Assembly: GCF_964204865.1 (NCBI RefSeq)
Contig: NC_135253.1
Location: forward strand, 3,286,001-3,350,000
Length of the DNA stretch: 64,000 nucleotides
Direction of reading: 5' to 3'
DNA from: Styela clava
Taxonomy: Eukaryota
Position 1 is the first letter of the stretch, and each line of letters opens with the position of its first letter. The position numbers were made by a program, and so were the translations under genes. Under the pieces are notes generated by a model. That model had not been told where the DNA came from. It saw only the letters and a program-made list of their open reading frames with translations, and searched no databases. Shown one piece after another: positions 41,124-54,302 of this stretch.

Positions 41124-42272
41124 CAGGGGTGGCCAACCTATGGCGCATGCGCCAAACGTGGCGCATTGCATGATTAGAGGTGGCGCATTGCATCTTTAAC
41201 TCTTTTCATGCCAAAATTGTTAATTGCAATTGGCTTCTCCACGCCAAGCCGTTTTTTTGCGATTTACATGGTGACTTTTGATTGTACCTAAAACCTATTC
41301 TTCTCACTCCACGTCGCCCACTTACGGCTTGTTGGAATTAGAAACAACAGGCGATTATCGACGTTAGCTTTTGGATGGACTTCATGACATTCATTCTAGA
41401 CTTTTAGCAATAATTAGTAAAATTTACTATTTTTTCCCTACTGAAGTAAAAAGTTCAGAACTTCTGGAAAAATAGAAAATCGTCATTTATCAGCTTGAAA
41501 CATGGATTTTCCATTGCCCAGACTTCCCAAATATCTCCCAATAACCACTGAACAACCAGTTGAATTGCCCAAGCCTAAAAAATTTCTTATAAATCAACCC
41601 ACAACATGCTGAAAAGAAGAAGACTCTATACTTGCTTTTATAAACCCATTTTCACTTAGTGAACTAACCATAATGAAGATGCCAAGCAATATACAATAGG
41701 AACTAATTGACTTGAAAACTCATCCATCATTGAAAATTCAATTTGATGAGCTTTCTTCAGTCCCAAGTGCATCTGACATGATCAAGTTCTGGCAATCGTT
41801 ACCCCGTGAAAATTTTCCAGAACTGAGAAAATTTGCCCAGGGTTTTATATGTCGTTTCGGAACGACATATAGATGTGAACAAACATTTTCTGCCATGAAA
41901 CTGATTAAAAGCAAAGCGAGGTCAAGACTTACAGATTTAAATTTGAAGAATGCACTGCTCCTCTCAGTAACAAACTTAACTCCAAGAATAAAAAAACTGG
42001 CGAAAGTAAAACAGCAGCAAAAGTCTCATAAAGGCGGTACTTAAAATTGATCAGTTTTATTCATTATACTTCCTTGCTTAATTTCTAATCATGTGAAGTT
42101 GTAAATTGTAAAAACTACATATACGTGTGTATATATGTGTGTGTGTATCATAGATTTATATAATTTCAACAAGAAGCGGACATTAGGCGTGGGAATACAA
42201 GAGATTTACGGCGCATCTGAAACATTATGTTTAAAACGTGGCGCATGGTATGTGAAAGGTTGGCCACCCCTG
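41124..42272 (+). mobile_element. Internally deleted hAT (Buster/SPIN-like) transposon retaining transposase C-terminus (41712-42044)
   Basis: Perfect TIR CAGGGGTGGCCAACCT; perfect TSD AGTTAGAC; peptide FWQ..FPELRKFA..FGTTYRCEQTFSAMKLIKSKARSRLTD is the hAT dimerisation domain; in-frame TAG at ~41697 upstream. Confidence 0.93.
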
Positions 42273-42620
42273 AGTTAGACCATTCACATCCACCGTGTAA
42301 CTTGTGTGTGAAAGGACTGGGGTTAATCGTGGTTCTTATCAAAGATGACCAGTTAGCTAAATATTTGCGATACACGAAGATAGTATTCCGAATCTCGACT
42401 GCTATATTGAAACTCGCTGCTTCAGCGTGGTTGACATGTAATGGCGCCTGCTGTAATTAAGAATTTATAGATAAATATTCGAAATGTGATCAACTTGAAT
42501 TAAACTTGACCTCAAAGCGCAAAAGGCTGGTAAGCCTTGTATATTTTAGTGGCGTCCTTATAATGTTATGTATATATTTGCATTACAACATTCAATATCA
42601 ATAGGTTTATGAGTGCTAAT

Positions 42621-42942
42621 CAGGCTTGTCCATGGGACATATTTTCTGTCCCATTCCCATCCCATAGCCAATATGCCTGTCCCATTACATGGGATTCCCA
42701 TTGGAATACAATTCAATACACATTGTTGAATTTAGGTTTAACGTCTACTAAATAGAACTACATGTATATTTTGCTTTTTATAACTAACAAGAGAGCTATG
42801 CACAAATATATGAATACGAAGTTCATAAAAAAATGTTTTACCATCATTTCCCCTAAAATCATACGGTTTTCGTGACCCATGGGAAATACAAATGTGTGCT
42901 GTCCCATCCCATCGCATGGGACGTTTCCCATGGACAAGCCTG
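42621..42942. mobile_element. hAT-type MITE (CAGGCTTGTCCATGGG family), triplication copy 2, internally deleted
   Basis: Perfect TIRs; flanks GTGCTAAT / GTGTTACT. Confidence 0.85.
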
Positions 42943-43598
42943 GTGTTACTACAGTGTCCTTGGATTTTCACTAAAATAGGATTTTTTCATGAATACTAAA
43001 TCATATTTGAGAAGAACATTGGTTTCTTTATTATGGCTTAACACAAGAAAGTAATATGGAGGCACATTTCCTAATGTAGTTCAGTTGCTTCCAACTGGGC
43101 CATTTGCCAAAAAGTTATCTGTATTATAGGTGTCAATATAAGCTTTGATATTCCAATGTTACGGATATTGATTTTCGTATTTAAAAGCTCTTGTATTTTG
43201 AATTGAAAACGATTTTGTTCATTTGTCAGATTTTATATACTAATCAAACTTCAAGTTGAGAAAACAGAGGTTTATAAGAAATGTTTGAGACGGGAAACAG
43301 GAGTTCCCATCGAAACGACTTTTCTCTCAAAATACTAAACTTCAGTTTAGCAAAGGTTTCATTATTGGTTTACAATTCATTATGTCAACCAAACTTGAAA
43401 AATACGTATTCACATCGCCGATCAATCAGGATCGGGCAGAAATGGTTTCCAAAGGCATAAAGTAGTATGGATGACTGAACTTATTCATTTGAATTTAAAA
43501 CCCTGTGGTTAATTGCGCTTTAAAACTCTGCAACTATTGCATAATATTGAATCAAAGATTTTAACGGTAAGAAGTTTAATAAACTCAATACATTAGAC

Positions 43599-43936
43599 CT
43601 GTGCTACTCAACTATTTTCACCAAAGGTCCGTTTAAAAAACTTCAAAATTACTGGGGCCCGGACATTACAGAAATTTTATTTTATCAAATAAACAAATCT
43701 TCAAATACAATATTAAATTAAATACAAGAGCAATGAATGGCTCGCAAATAGGGACATAAATATCGCACATCGGTACCAGTACAAAAAACTGTATAGCTGT
43801 GTATGTAAATGGTATCAAAATCATCTAAAACTATAAAACGATGCTTATGCGGCCAAAATTAACAAGCAGACGCGGTCCAAATTTTATGGTCGAAAGGTCC
43901 GAATTCGGACCGTGGTCCGCCAGTTGAGTAGCTCTG
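43599..43936. mobile_element. hAT MITE
   Basis: TIRs CTGTGCTACTCAACT / AGTTGAGTAGCTCTG; perfect TSD CATTAGAC; GGTCC subterminal repeats. Confidence 0.88.
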
Positions 43937-46900
43937 CATTAGACTATCAATGAACCATTCATTTGAAAACTATACCAGAAATAGAAAAAAAACATTTTAC
44001 AACTGATATGTTTTCTTTTCCCGCGATAGCACATGTTCATAAAGATTAATAAATATATATCCAAGATTTGGAAATGATACAAACAAAATGCATAAATGTG
44101 GCAATAAAGAATTATGAATATATCCAAACGTTGAAAATGATACAAGCAAATTGGAGTTTTAACGTTAGAAAATGTCTTAAATGTGGCACACAGAAGCTGA
44201 CTTAATATCAATAAAATATCTGTTATTCGATCAGATTGCCAAATTAAAAAGCCCAAAATTTGTTGAAGACCGTCGTTTTAGTCACATCGCAGAAAGCCAT
44301 GGCTTTAGGGCTATAAGTCGCCAAAATTGCTTTGTATTTTCTAATGAACTGCTTTTTCCATTTTTTAACTCTATCGGTCGGCTTTAAAGCTTGATGACCA
44401 TACGTTCCTATTCACTTTACAAATAAACTGCAATGCGTAATCTTCTTCACCCTAAATATCAAGTTAGTCATATATTGCTCTGCATTTGTCACACATATCA
44501 CCTCGTAACCAATTTAACAACTGGATGTGAACGCAAAAGTTCGTAAACATACAGGTTGTAAATTTGGTCTTTCATTGAGAATACGTGAATAAAATTTTTC
44601 GACTGACCGAACTCTAACTCCAGCTGCCTATGCTGATATCAGTATTTAATTCAGTTAGACCATTCACCTCCACCGTTGATAATGTGTACTTAGAAAACTG
44701 TGATTACTCTTTATCAATGATGACTAGTTAGCTAAGTCTTTACGATATATGAACGTAGTAGTATTCCGAGTCTCGACTAATCTATTGAAATATCGATGCA
44801 ACTCGCTGCTTTAGCGTGGTTGGCACATTATGCATAATATGCAAGGAGAATATATAGATTAAAATATTTTAAGTGTGATCAACTCAGATTAAACTTGACT
44901 ACAGGGCGAAACAGGCGGTGCGCGCCTTGCATATTCAGTGAACCCATTTCCGTTATCTCAGCTTTTATAATGTTATATATATATGAATAACAACATTCAA
45001 TATCGAGTTCGATAGGTTTATATGAGTGTTACTATACGGTGTCAAATTCGGCCCGCGCGACTTTTTATTCTGCATCATAATCCTCAATCACGAATGTTAC
45101 AAGATTAGACTTATGTTTATAATGTTCTGATGTAGTCTAATTCTTTTCAATTAACAAAAAGGAACTGTGTATTTGAAAGAGCTGTAATGACATGTCTTAC
45201 TTATCGAATTATCAATAGCTTACAACGAATTATTCCTCAGTCATTTTCTATACCCAATTTCGACGGACATACAAATTACAAAATATAATGAAATAAGTTT
45301 AAAGCAAAGCAAAACCGTTAGTAGTTTCAAATTCTCGTGAAATTCCGTGCTCTTCCTGGTCAAAATTTATTCAGATCAAAAAATTGAAAAAAGAATTTGA
45401 ACGACATGATAGTAAATATATTAAAACCACGCTGGGAATAAATTGGTTAAAGTTTCCACAAAATTACCCGTTCGGCAGTATACGTTAGTATCTATAATAA
45501 GATGATATTTCACAATATACACAAATCTCAGCTGACAGTTAGCGGCAATGGAAGTCATTGAAAGCTATAACTAAAAAAAATAAAATAAAACCTCCTTCCC
45601 CCCTAAAACGAAAATTATACCAAAATAATGAATCGAACTGAACTCAAAACGACATCTATACGTACACATTCAGCGATACAGACAATATACATTGAATTCG
45701 CTACTTGAGTAATGTAATATACTGGACCGTATAACGAAGGGAATCGAATCGAGAATAAAAACAATTGATCATTTGGTCTTGACAAATAAAGGCGTGTTGC
45801 TTGGCCATTTTGTTTAAAAAATATCTGTCACTCACCACAATACTCGTGTGTATTCCGCATAACAGTTTAAATTCTCAAAATAAAGTTTTTCCAAAATTTT
45901 CATCTCGTAAGAACAACGTATTTTTGTCTAATTATCTAGATCAGTAGGTTTCAGATTTTTATAGTCGCGACATCTGATCAACTCCAAATATCTTCGAATT
46001 ACTCTCATCTCACAGCGTTATCTATTGACTAACATTATTAACATAAAGCAACAAATCTCGTGAAATAAAACTCAAGCAATACCATAACTATAATAATCAA
46101 TGATTAACTCGCAAGTCAGTCGCTGTTTATTGTTCGATATTATAGGGGCGAGGAACAATAGTAACGAGGAAACAAAATGATGTGTTCATCTGCAATACTT
46201 TCGAGTACCTAAACTCTAAAACCTAAAACCTTCAATGAAATTTTAGCAACATCAACCATCTCAATATGTCAGTACGTATTTCATCGGTCATAATTTGAGC
46301 CTTTTAACTGAATCACCTCATTGTATTGGAAGAAATTTCAGCTACTTCTTCCATTTGGATTTTAGCCGAATGCCGAAATATGGGACAACTGCTTGCGACG
46401 GGAAACATGAGTTACCTTAGCAACGACTTTTCTTTCAAAATACTATACTTCAGTTGCAAAGGTTTCATTATTGGTTCAATATTCATTATGTCAACCAGAC
46501 GTAAAAAAAATACGTATTCACGATCAGGGTCGGGCAGAGATGGTTTCCAAAGTTATAAGGTAGTATCGATGACTAAACTCATTCATTTGAATTTGAAACC
46601 CTGTGGTTAATTGCGCTTAAACTCTGCAATTATCGCTTCAGGACATTGAATCAAAGATTTTAACGATAAGAAGTTTAATAAACCCAATACATTTGACTAT
46701 CAATAAACGATTCATTTGAAAACTATACCGGAAATGCAAAAAAATCATTTTTCAACTGATAAGTTTTCTTTGCCCGCGATAGCACATGTTCACGAATAAT
46801 AATGAATATATCCAAGCTTTGGAAATGATACAATCAAAATGGAGTTGTGACGTTAGAAAATGGCATAAATGTGGCATACAGATACTGACTTAATATCAGT

Positions 46901-47003
46901 AAAAATATGTGTTATTCGGGCAGATTGCCAAATTAAAAAAGCCCTAATTTGTTGAAGGCCGTCGTTTTGTTACATCGTACAAAGCCATTGCTTTAGGCTA
47001 GTA

Positions 47004-48180
47004 CAGTGTTTCCAACCCGAGTCCCGGGCTGGGCATATATTCGAATATTCAACTATTAGAATAGCAATTTAATATTCGAAAATTTGGTAACAGGTGACAC
47101 GACAGGTCACTTGCACTTGTGCGCGTCGCTTAATCAAACGATTGGATTTCACAACTCACTCACGCATTTTCGACGAAAACACACAAGTCGGCACACGCGT
47201 CGATAGATGGTGGCAACCCGAATTTCCCAAATTGAGAAACGGCAATACAAAACACTAAAAATAAAACGGAGAACGCCATAAGTTTCGCTTTATGATGGTC
47301 CGCGACCGATTAGAAAACGCTTTTTTAGACATTGTGAAACGCAAAATTTCGGGTGCTACGGTGTTAAACGTATACCAGGGCTTCCTCCCTTAGGATTGTT
47401 TGCTTTACTGCCCCAACAGTGATACGCCGTACAGTACTGGTAAGTGTTGTACGAACAGCTCAGATTTGTGGAATTTACAAAAATAGGAATCAAAACAAAA
47501 TATATCGAGCCCTTTACCACGTATTTTTGTGTCCACGGATTGTCATGATATTTTCTGAGTAGTATTGCTTTTATTTCGCCAACACAATCGCAGATTAAAA
47601 TGATCACAATTAAATTAATAATAAAGCAAGGCGAAGAATATTCATTTTTCATTTACTAATATATTTTAAATATATTTTTTATTAAGTACCAAATCAAGTT
47701 GTACTTTCTGGAAATTTATAACAAATAGTGAGATTTTTCTAACGACGATAACAAATTTGCAAGGTCGCAAAAATATGTAACAAAACTAAATATAATCGGG
47801 CAATATAGTCTCACATTATTATGTTCACAGATTGCCGATTGGCATTTTAAAGAAGAAATGCATTCACCTTGTCGTAAGTCGACGCATTCACCTTGTCGTA
47901 AGTCGACGCAACCGCGAGTTACCATGAACACAATTAAATTAATATAGAGAGACATTGGATTGAATATTGTGCGACAGAAAGCCAATTATACACTAAAAAA
48001 GTCGGATCTTTTTAACGAACGCGTAATTGCGGCGAATTTTCGATTTTGAAATTCGTTACAATTCTGTTGTATTTGATTTTATTGCTTCTTCGCACAGGTT
48101 GCAATAAACGCACTTTGAGTCCGCAAAGATTTTCGCGGGTGAGAAAATAGTCCGCGACCAAAAAAGGTTGGGAAACGCTG
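47004..48180. mobile_element. Non-autonomous hAT element
   Basis: TIRs CAGTGTTTCCAACC / GGTTGGGAAACGCTG; perfect TSD GGCTAGTA. Confidence 0.88.
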
Positions 48181-48800
48181 GGCTAGTACATAAAGTTGCT
48201 AAAATTGCTTTGTATTCTCTAATGAACTACATACTTTCATTTTTAACACCCTCATATAGTCATATATTGCTCTCCCTTGGTCACAGAAATCACCTGGAAA
48301 CCAATTCAACAACAGTGTGTGAACGCAAATGTTTGTCAAAATACAAGTTGTAGATATAGGCCTTTCAATTAGAATACGTAAATAATAAAATTACGACTGA
48401 ACGAAATTTAACTCCAGCTGCCTATGCTGATACCAGTATCGAATTCAGTTAGATCCTTCACATCCACTGTAAGCAATGTGTATGTGAAAGAACGGGGTTA
48501 ATCGTGGTTCTTATCAAAGATGACCAGTTAGCTAAATATTTGCGATACACGAAGATAGTATTCCGAATCTCGACTGATATATTGAAACTCGCTGCTTCAG
48601 CGTGGTTGACATGTAATGGCGCCTGGTGTAATAAAGAATTTATAGATTCAAATATTTGAAATGTGATCAACTTGAATAAAACTTGACCCTGAAGCAAAAA
48701 AAGGCCGGTAAGCATTGTATATATTGGTGGCGCCCTTTTAATGTTATGTATATATTTGCATTACAATATTCAATATCAATAGGTATATATGAGTGTTACT

Positions 48801-49253
48801 CAGGCTTGTCCATGGGACATATTTTCTGTCCCATTCCCATCTCATAGCAATTATGCCACTCCCATCCCATCCCATGAGATTCCCATTGGAATACAATTCA
48901 ATAAAAATTGTTAAATTCAGGTTTAACGTCTACTAAATAGGACAAAGAGACATGCAAAACAACAAAATTTACTGACTTTGTTAACTTATATATGATATAT
49001 TATCAGGTATATATATTCATAACTATTATACAAGTGTCCATCAGCCCCTTAACGGAATACATTGTTAATGCTGAATATATTTTGCTCTTTATAACTAACA
49101 AGAGAGCTATTCTCAAATATATGAGTACAAAGTACATAACAAAATGTTTTACCATCATTTCCTCAATGATCATACGGTTTTCGTAACCCATGGGAAATAC
49201 AAATGTGTGCTGTACCATCCCATCTCACGGGACGTTTACCATGGACAAGCCTG
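48801..49253. mobile_element. hAT-type MITE (CAGGCTTGTCCATGGG family), triplication copy 3
   Basis: TIRs present; perfect TSD GTGTTACT; empty paralogous site at ~45025. Confidence 0.88.
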
Positions 49254-52112
49254 GTGTTACTACAGTGTCCTTGGATATTTACTGAAATAGGATTTTTTCA
49301 TGAATACTAAATCATATTTAGAAGAACATTTGTTTCTTTATTATGGCTTAACACAAGAAAATATTATGGAGGCGCATTTCCTAATGTAGTTCAGTCGCTT
49401 CCAGCTGGGCCATTTGCCAAAAAGATATCTGTATTATAGGTGTCAATATAAGCTTTGATATTCCAATGGTACGAATGTTGATTTCCGTATATGAAAAGCT
49501 CTTGTATTTTAAATTGTAAACGATTTTGTTCATTTGTCAGATTTTATATACAAATCACACTTCAAGTTGAGAAAAAGAAGGTTTATAACAATTGTTTTCT
49601 CTCAAAATACTAAACTTCAGTATAGCAAAGGTTTCATTATTGGTTTACAATTCATTATGTCAACCAAACGTGAAAAAATACGTATTCATATCTTCGATCG
49701 ATCAATCAGGATCGGGCAGAAATGATTTTCAAAGGCATAAAGTAATATGGATGACTGAACTTATTCATTTGAATTTAGAACCCTGTGGTTAATTGCGCTT
49801 TAACTCTGCAACTATTGCTTAATATTGAATCAAAGATTTTAACGGTAAGAAGTTTATTAAAACCAATACAGTGGACTATCATCCATTTGAAAAGCAAAAA
49901 AAATCATTCTTTAACTGATACGTTTTCTTGCCTACGAGAACACGTTCATGGAGATTAATGAATACATCTCATCTTTGGATATGATAAAACAAAATGAAAT
50001 TTTGACGTGAAAAAATGTTCTGAATGTGGCTTACGGAAGGTGACCTTATATCAGTGAAAATATTTGTTTTTCGGGTATATTGCCAAATTGAAAGGCCCAC
50101 ATTTGTTGAAGACCGTCGCTTTAGTCACTTCGTAGGAAGCCCTGACTTTAGGCTATATACAGTCGCCAAAATTGCTTTGTATTCTCTACTAAAAAGCAAC
50201 TGAACATTTTTAACACTGTCGGTCGGTCATTGAAGCTTGATCAACATGCCCTAATAATAACTTTACTGCAATGCGTAATCTTCTTCGCCTTAAATATCAA
50301 GCTTGCCATATATTGCTCTTGATTTGTCACACAACCTGGAATCCAATTCAACAACTTTATGTGAGCGCAAATGTTCGTAAACATACAGATAATAAATATA
50401 GGCCTTTCATTGAGAATACGTGAATGAAAAAATTTCGACTGAACGAACTCTAACTCCAGCTGCCTATCTGATATCAGTATTGAATTCAGTTAGATCATTT
50501 ACCTCCACCGTATATTTGAACTGTATATTTAAAGAAATGTGATTACTTGTTGTTCTTAGCAATGATGACTAGTCAGCTAAGTCATCAACTTACGCTAAAC
50601 TTGACCGCAGGGCAAAAAAAGGTGCGCCTTGTATATTCAGGGGCGCCAATTCCCGTATTCCAGCTCTTATAATGTTATGTATATATAATCGCATTACAAC
50701 ATTCAATATCGAATGTTACAAGATCGTGTTTGTTGTGTTCCAACGCAGACTCAACCCCGATACAAATTATCGACAATATAAATATCTCTTTATTATATTT
50801 CATTTCAAGTACAATTAATAGAACAAGAAGTATGAAGTGTTTTTAAAAGTATGAAACCTTTGACATGCGTCGAGATTTGGAAATATGTGGATGCTTTACA
50901 GAATAAAAAGTTAAGAAATGAGAGCGGAAATATACGTCTCTCGTGGACCTTCTTCTACAAGATGATAGAAAGAGGTTGGCGGTCATCATGGAGGATATGT
51001 GTTGGGTATATTTACGGGAGAATTTGTCGGGCAATACACCTCAGTCATTCAAAAGCAATTCCATGCGGATAAAATTGAGTGGCATAATTAAAACAATTTT
51101 AACATTAGCTCTTTACACGTAGTTGGCAAAATTATTCAAAGGAGGTCCAAATAGTAAAATGAAAATTGTTTCAAGACCCAACAACTAATTGCACATTTGA
51201 TATTTCTTGATCTAGTTGCATCTGAGACTGTCAAACGATTTCTTTATATATATGGGATTAGTCGAGAAACAGTTGCTCAGCGGTTTTGATCACAATTGTT
51301 TCATAAATTTCCCCTCCGTAGATGTTTTTTAGTGTTTTGCAATTTCCCAATATATAATTTATGAAAAATGCTAAGTGGCTCTGCATGTTTGCTCTGCGAT
51401 TAGAACAAGAATTGTTGCTGAGGTAATGAATTTTGTGAATACTCAAACATTTCCTCTTGCGCATCGGTGCCAATGGGATATTTTTCGTCCTTTTCTTTCT
51501 GGTTTGTTGAAGAAGGACGTTCTCATTTTGATACTCCCGTAGTGTGTGCACTAGGTTAGGGTTAGGCCATAATTTTATTCCGAGTTTCCTTGTTTTAGTT
51601 TTATTACGATTTTGGTGACTGTCTGTATTAGCCAGGTGAATAAACCCTCTGCCCATAGGTTTCAGTCCCTTTACACAACTTGATGTAAAGCGCGCGAACA
51701 AAATTAGTTACTCCATATTGGTACACACACTCCTGGAGCGCCGTAATTTCCACTCTTTTTGCCGATATTGGCTTATTGCGAATGACATAAATGCAGCATT
51801 CATTATCTCTATCTGTATGGAAATATTTCTTTTCTCATTCATTATTAAATTTTCGTTAACCTTTTCTCTTTTTATGGCTGCCTTTCAATTTGTAATTATA
51901 ACTAGTGCGAACGTACCGGTACGTGTGGCGATACCAAGATTGAACAACCGAACGTATAGCGTACACGCCGTTAGCTTGCGCGATTTTGATGACGCGATAA
52001 AATACCCGGATACGCAAGAATGAACAGTCCAGAATAGTTACAATGCCGGTACTATAGTTGAAATGAACGTCATGTATGATTCATGTCGTCTTGAATGTTG
52101 GAATATGATATA

Positions 52113-52490
52113 CAGGCTTGTCCATGGGACATATATTTCTGTCCCATTCCCATCCCATAGCAATTATGCCTGTCCCATTTCATGGGATTTCCATTGGAAT
52201 AAAATTCAATAAAAATTGTTAAATTTAGGTTTATCATCTACTAAATAGGACTACATGTACGAATAGACATGCAAAACAACCATCATCCCCTCCACGAAGT
52301 ATATTATTAATGCTGAATATATTTGGGTCTTTATAACTAACAAGACAGTTATGCTCAAATATATGGACACGAAGTACATAAAGAAATGTTTTACCATCAT
52401 TTCCCCGAAAATCCTACGGATTTCGTGTCCCATGGGAAATATAAATGTGTGCTGTCACATCCCATGGGACGTTTCCCATGGACAAGCCTG
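52113..52490. mobile_element. hAT-type MITE (CAGGCTTGTCCATGGG family)
   Basis: Perfect 16-bp TIRs; degenerate TSD ATGATATA / ATGGTTTA. Confidence 0.85.
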
Positions 52491-52869
52491 ATGGTTTATT
52501 GAAAAAAAATCTATTTCAGTAAAAATCTAGTTGATATGAGAGTCTGTGCCATTTCATTCACTTTTGTTTCATGTTATTACGCTTTTACTGCTAACGAACT
52601 TGCATGCTAACGTGATATTCTGACTACCGGTAGCTGAGTAAAGTATCCTATGACTTATAACGATATGTCAGATAAAACAGTCCTACAACTTGACAAAACT
52701 ATACGACCGCCGCGGTCGACGCACAGCTTTTACAGGCTGCGCCGCGTTGGCAGAATGTCACGGTCTAGGGAGAGTGGCGCATTCGGAAACACCACGCCCA
52801 TTAAGGCTGTAATGAACGATTACCACAAATCCTTGCCATATTTATCATAAAATTTCTTCTCTGGTGACT

Positions 52870-53051
52870 ACCCAAGTTAGGCTAAGGTCAAAATTTCAGG
52901 TACAAATACTACGGTCATTTGGCTAGTCCCCAAACACCCCATAATAGAACTAAAATTAGGAAATTTGCAATGAAATTAGCCCTAACCCTTACCTGGTACA
53001 CATACTATGTTCAGGTGTCCTCCATTTTGGTTCACATACTTCAGGAGTACC
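52870..53051. mobile_element. Merlin-like MITE, partial copy
   Basis: Right arm CCTAACCCTTACCTGGTACACATACT..CATACTTCAGGAGTACC; another half copy at ~51530-51600. Confidence 0.65.
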
Positions 53052-53202
53052 GTTTTGTCTATGCCACTATTATTTTATCCGCGTGGGATAGCGGACGGAT
53101 TCAAATGAATAAAGTCTGTTGGACACAAAGTGGACCTACGGATGGTTTTGTTTCTATTCGGGTTTCACTCGTTGTTGTTTTTGCAGGTTGAAGAAAATTG
53201 CC

Positions 53203-53286
53203 GGACCTCCTGAAGTATGCGTACCAGGTTTACCAGGTTAGGGTTCAGGTTATGCGACATTTTGATGCGCATACTTCAGGAGCACC
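53203..53286. mobile_element. 84-bp minimal Merlin-like MITE
   Basis: GGACCTCCTGAAGTATGCG / CGCATACTTCAGGAGCACC; perfect 8-bp TSD AAATTGCC. Confidence 0.8.
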
Positions 53287-54302
53287 AAATTGCCTTAGCA
53301 ATCAATGATGATGATCAATGATTTCAACTTTTTATTACTTAAAGATGGACGAAACCGCTATAAGGCTTTTTCTTATAGTGTTAATTTTTTAATCAATAAA
53401 GGAGGGACACTCTTTCACTAGGTCACGCGTTACCGTCTCCATCGTGTTTTTCCATCGGTCTTTTCACCGACCATTGTGCGGCATTCGTGTTTATAATTTT
53501 GTCCATATCAGACAATTGTTTGCTCATCATGATTTGCAAAGACGATGGTAGTGGTGCCTTTGCTATCTAACTATAATGGGATGATTGTAGGGTATTCAGA
53601 AGCCCTCGGGAAGTAAACGAGAAAGTAGATCTCGCATAACACCCCATTTTGGGAGATTACGCGATGCCAAGTGAGACATTTAATTTGCTTTTTTTTTAAA
53701 TTGACATAACCAAAAATTTTACGGATATTCCAATAGCTAATCTTTCGGCGTGCGTACTATTAAACACCATATATTCATTTACTCCGAAAGAAAATCAAAT
53801 TATCCTCTCGGGAAACATTCAACATTACGGTCTGTTACACATTGCAAAGTTACCTAAATATTTCAACTTAATCTTTATTTGGAACGAGTAGGCCCATCGG
53901 AGAAACAAATCTTATTCGGAGATTATCTTCCCTATATAATGTTTGTTCCTAATTGGTGAGGTTTACGATTACAACAATCTATTCGAATAAACAACATTTA
54001 TAAATAAGTGACCGATTTGAGAGGATAAATCCGAATTTAATTGAATGGCTTGCTATCCCGTTGATTATCATGATTACAAAATGAGTACACAAGATCATCA
54101 AAGTTATGCCCCTTCTAGAAAGGAAGAACATACCGGTCAAGTAACTGCGATGTGTATTCACTGAGGCAAAGAATGGTTAATCGATTTTAAATACTTAACC
54201 GTTGCAATTGATTTTGACCATTAACTGTCATCCCGGGTACTGCTCTTCAGAAGATTGCATTCAACTAGTAAATATTATTTCGCATATTTATATCATGTCA
54301 TG

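Larger units (their letters stand above)
30815..50720. repeat. Tandem segmental triplication of the FUT-B 5' flank; each copy contains two diverged sub-repeats
   Basis: Copies begin TCTCGT(G/A)AAATTCCGTGC at ~30815, ~39727, ~45333; the block AACTCCAGCTG(C/A)CTAT..TTCAGTTAGA occurs six times (~32920, 36697, 41080, 44617, 48411, 50453). Confidence 0.88.

Noticed and set aside
41712-42044. Domesticated GTF2IRD2/ZBED-like host gene
   Set aside because: Lies within intact TIRs and TSD, lacks the catalytic core and has an upstream in-frame stop.
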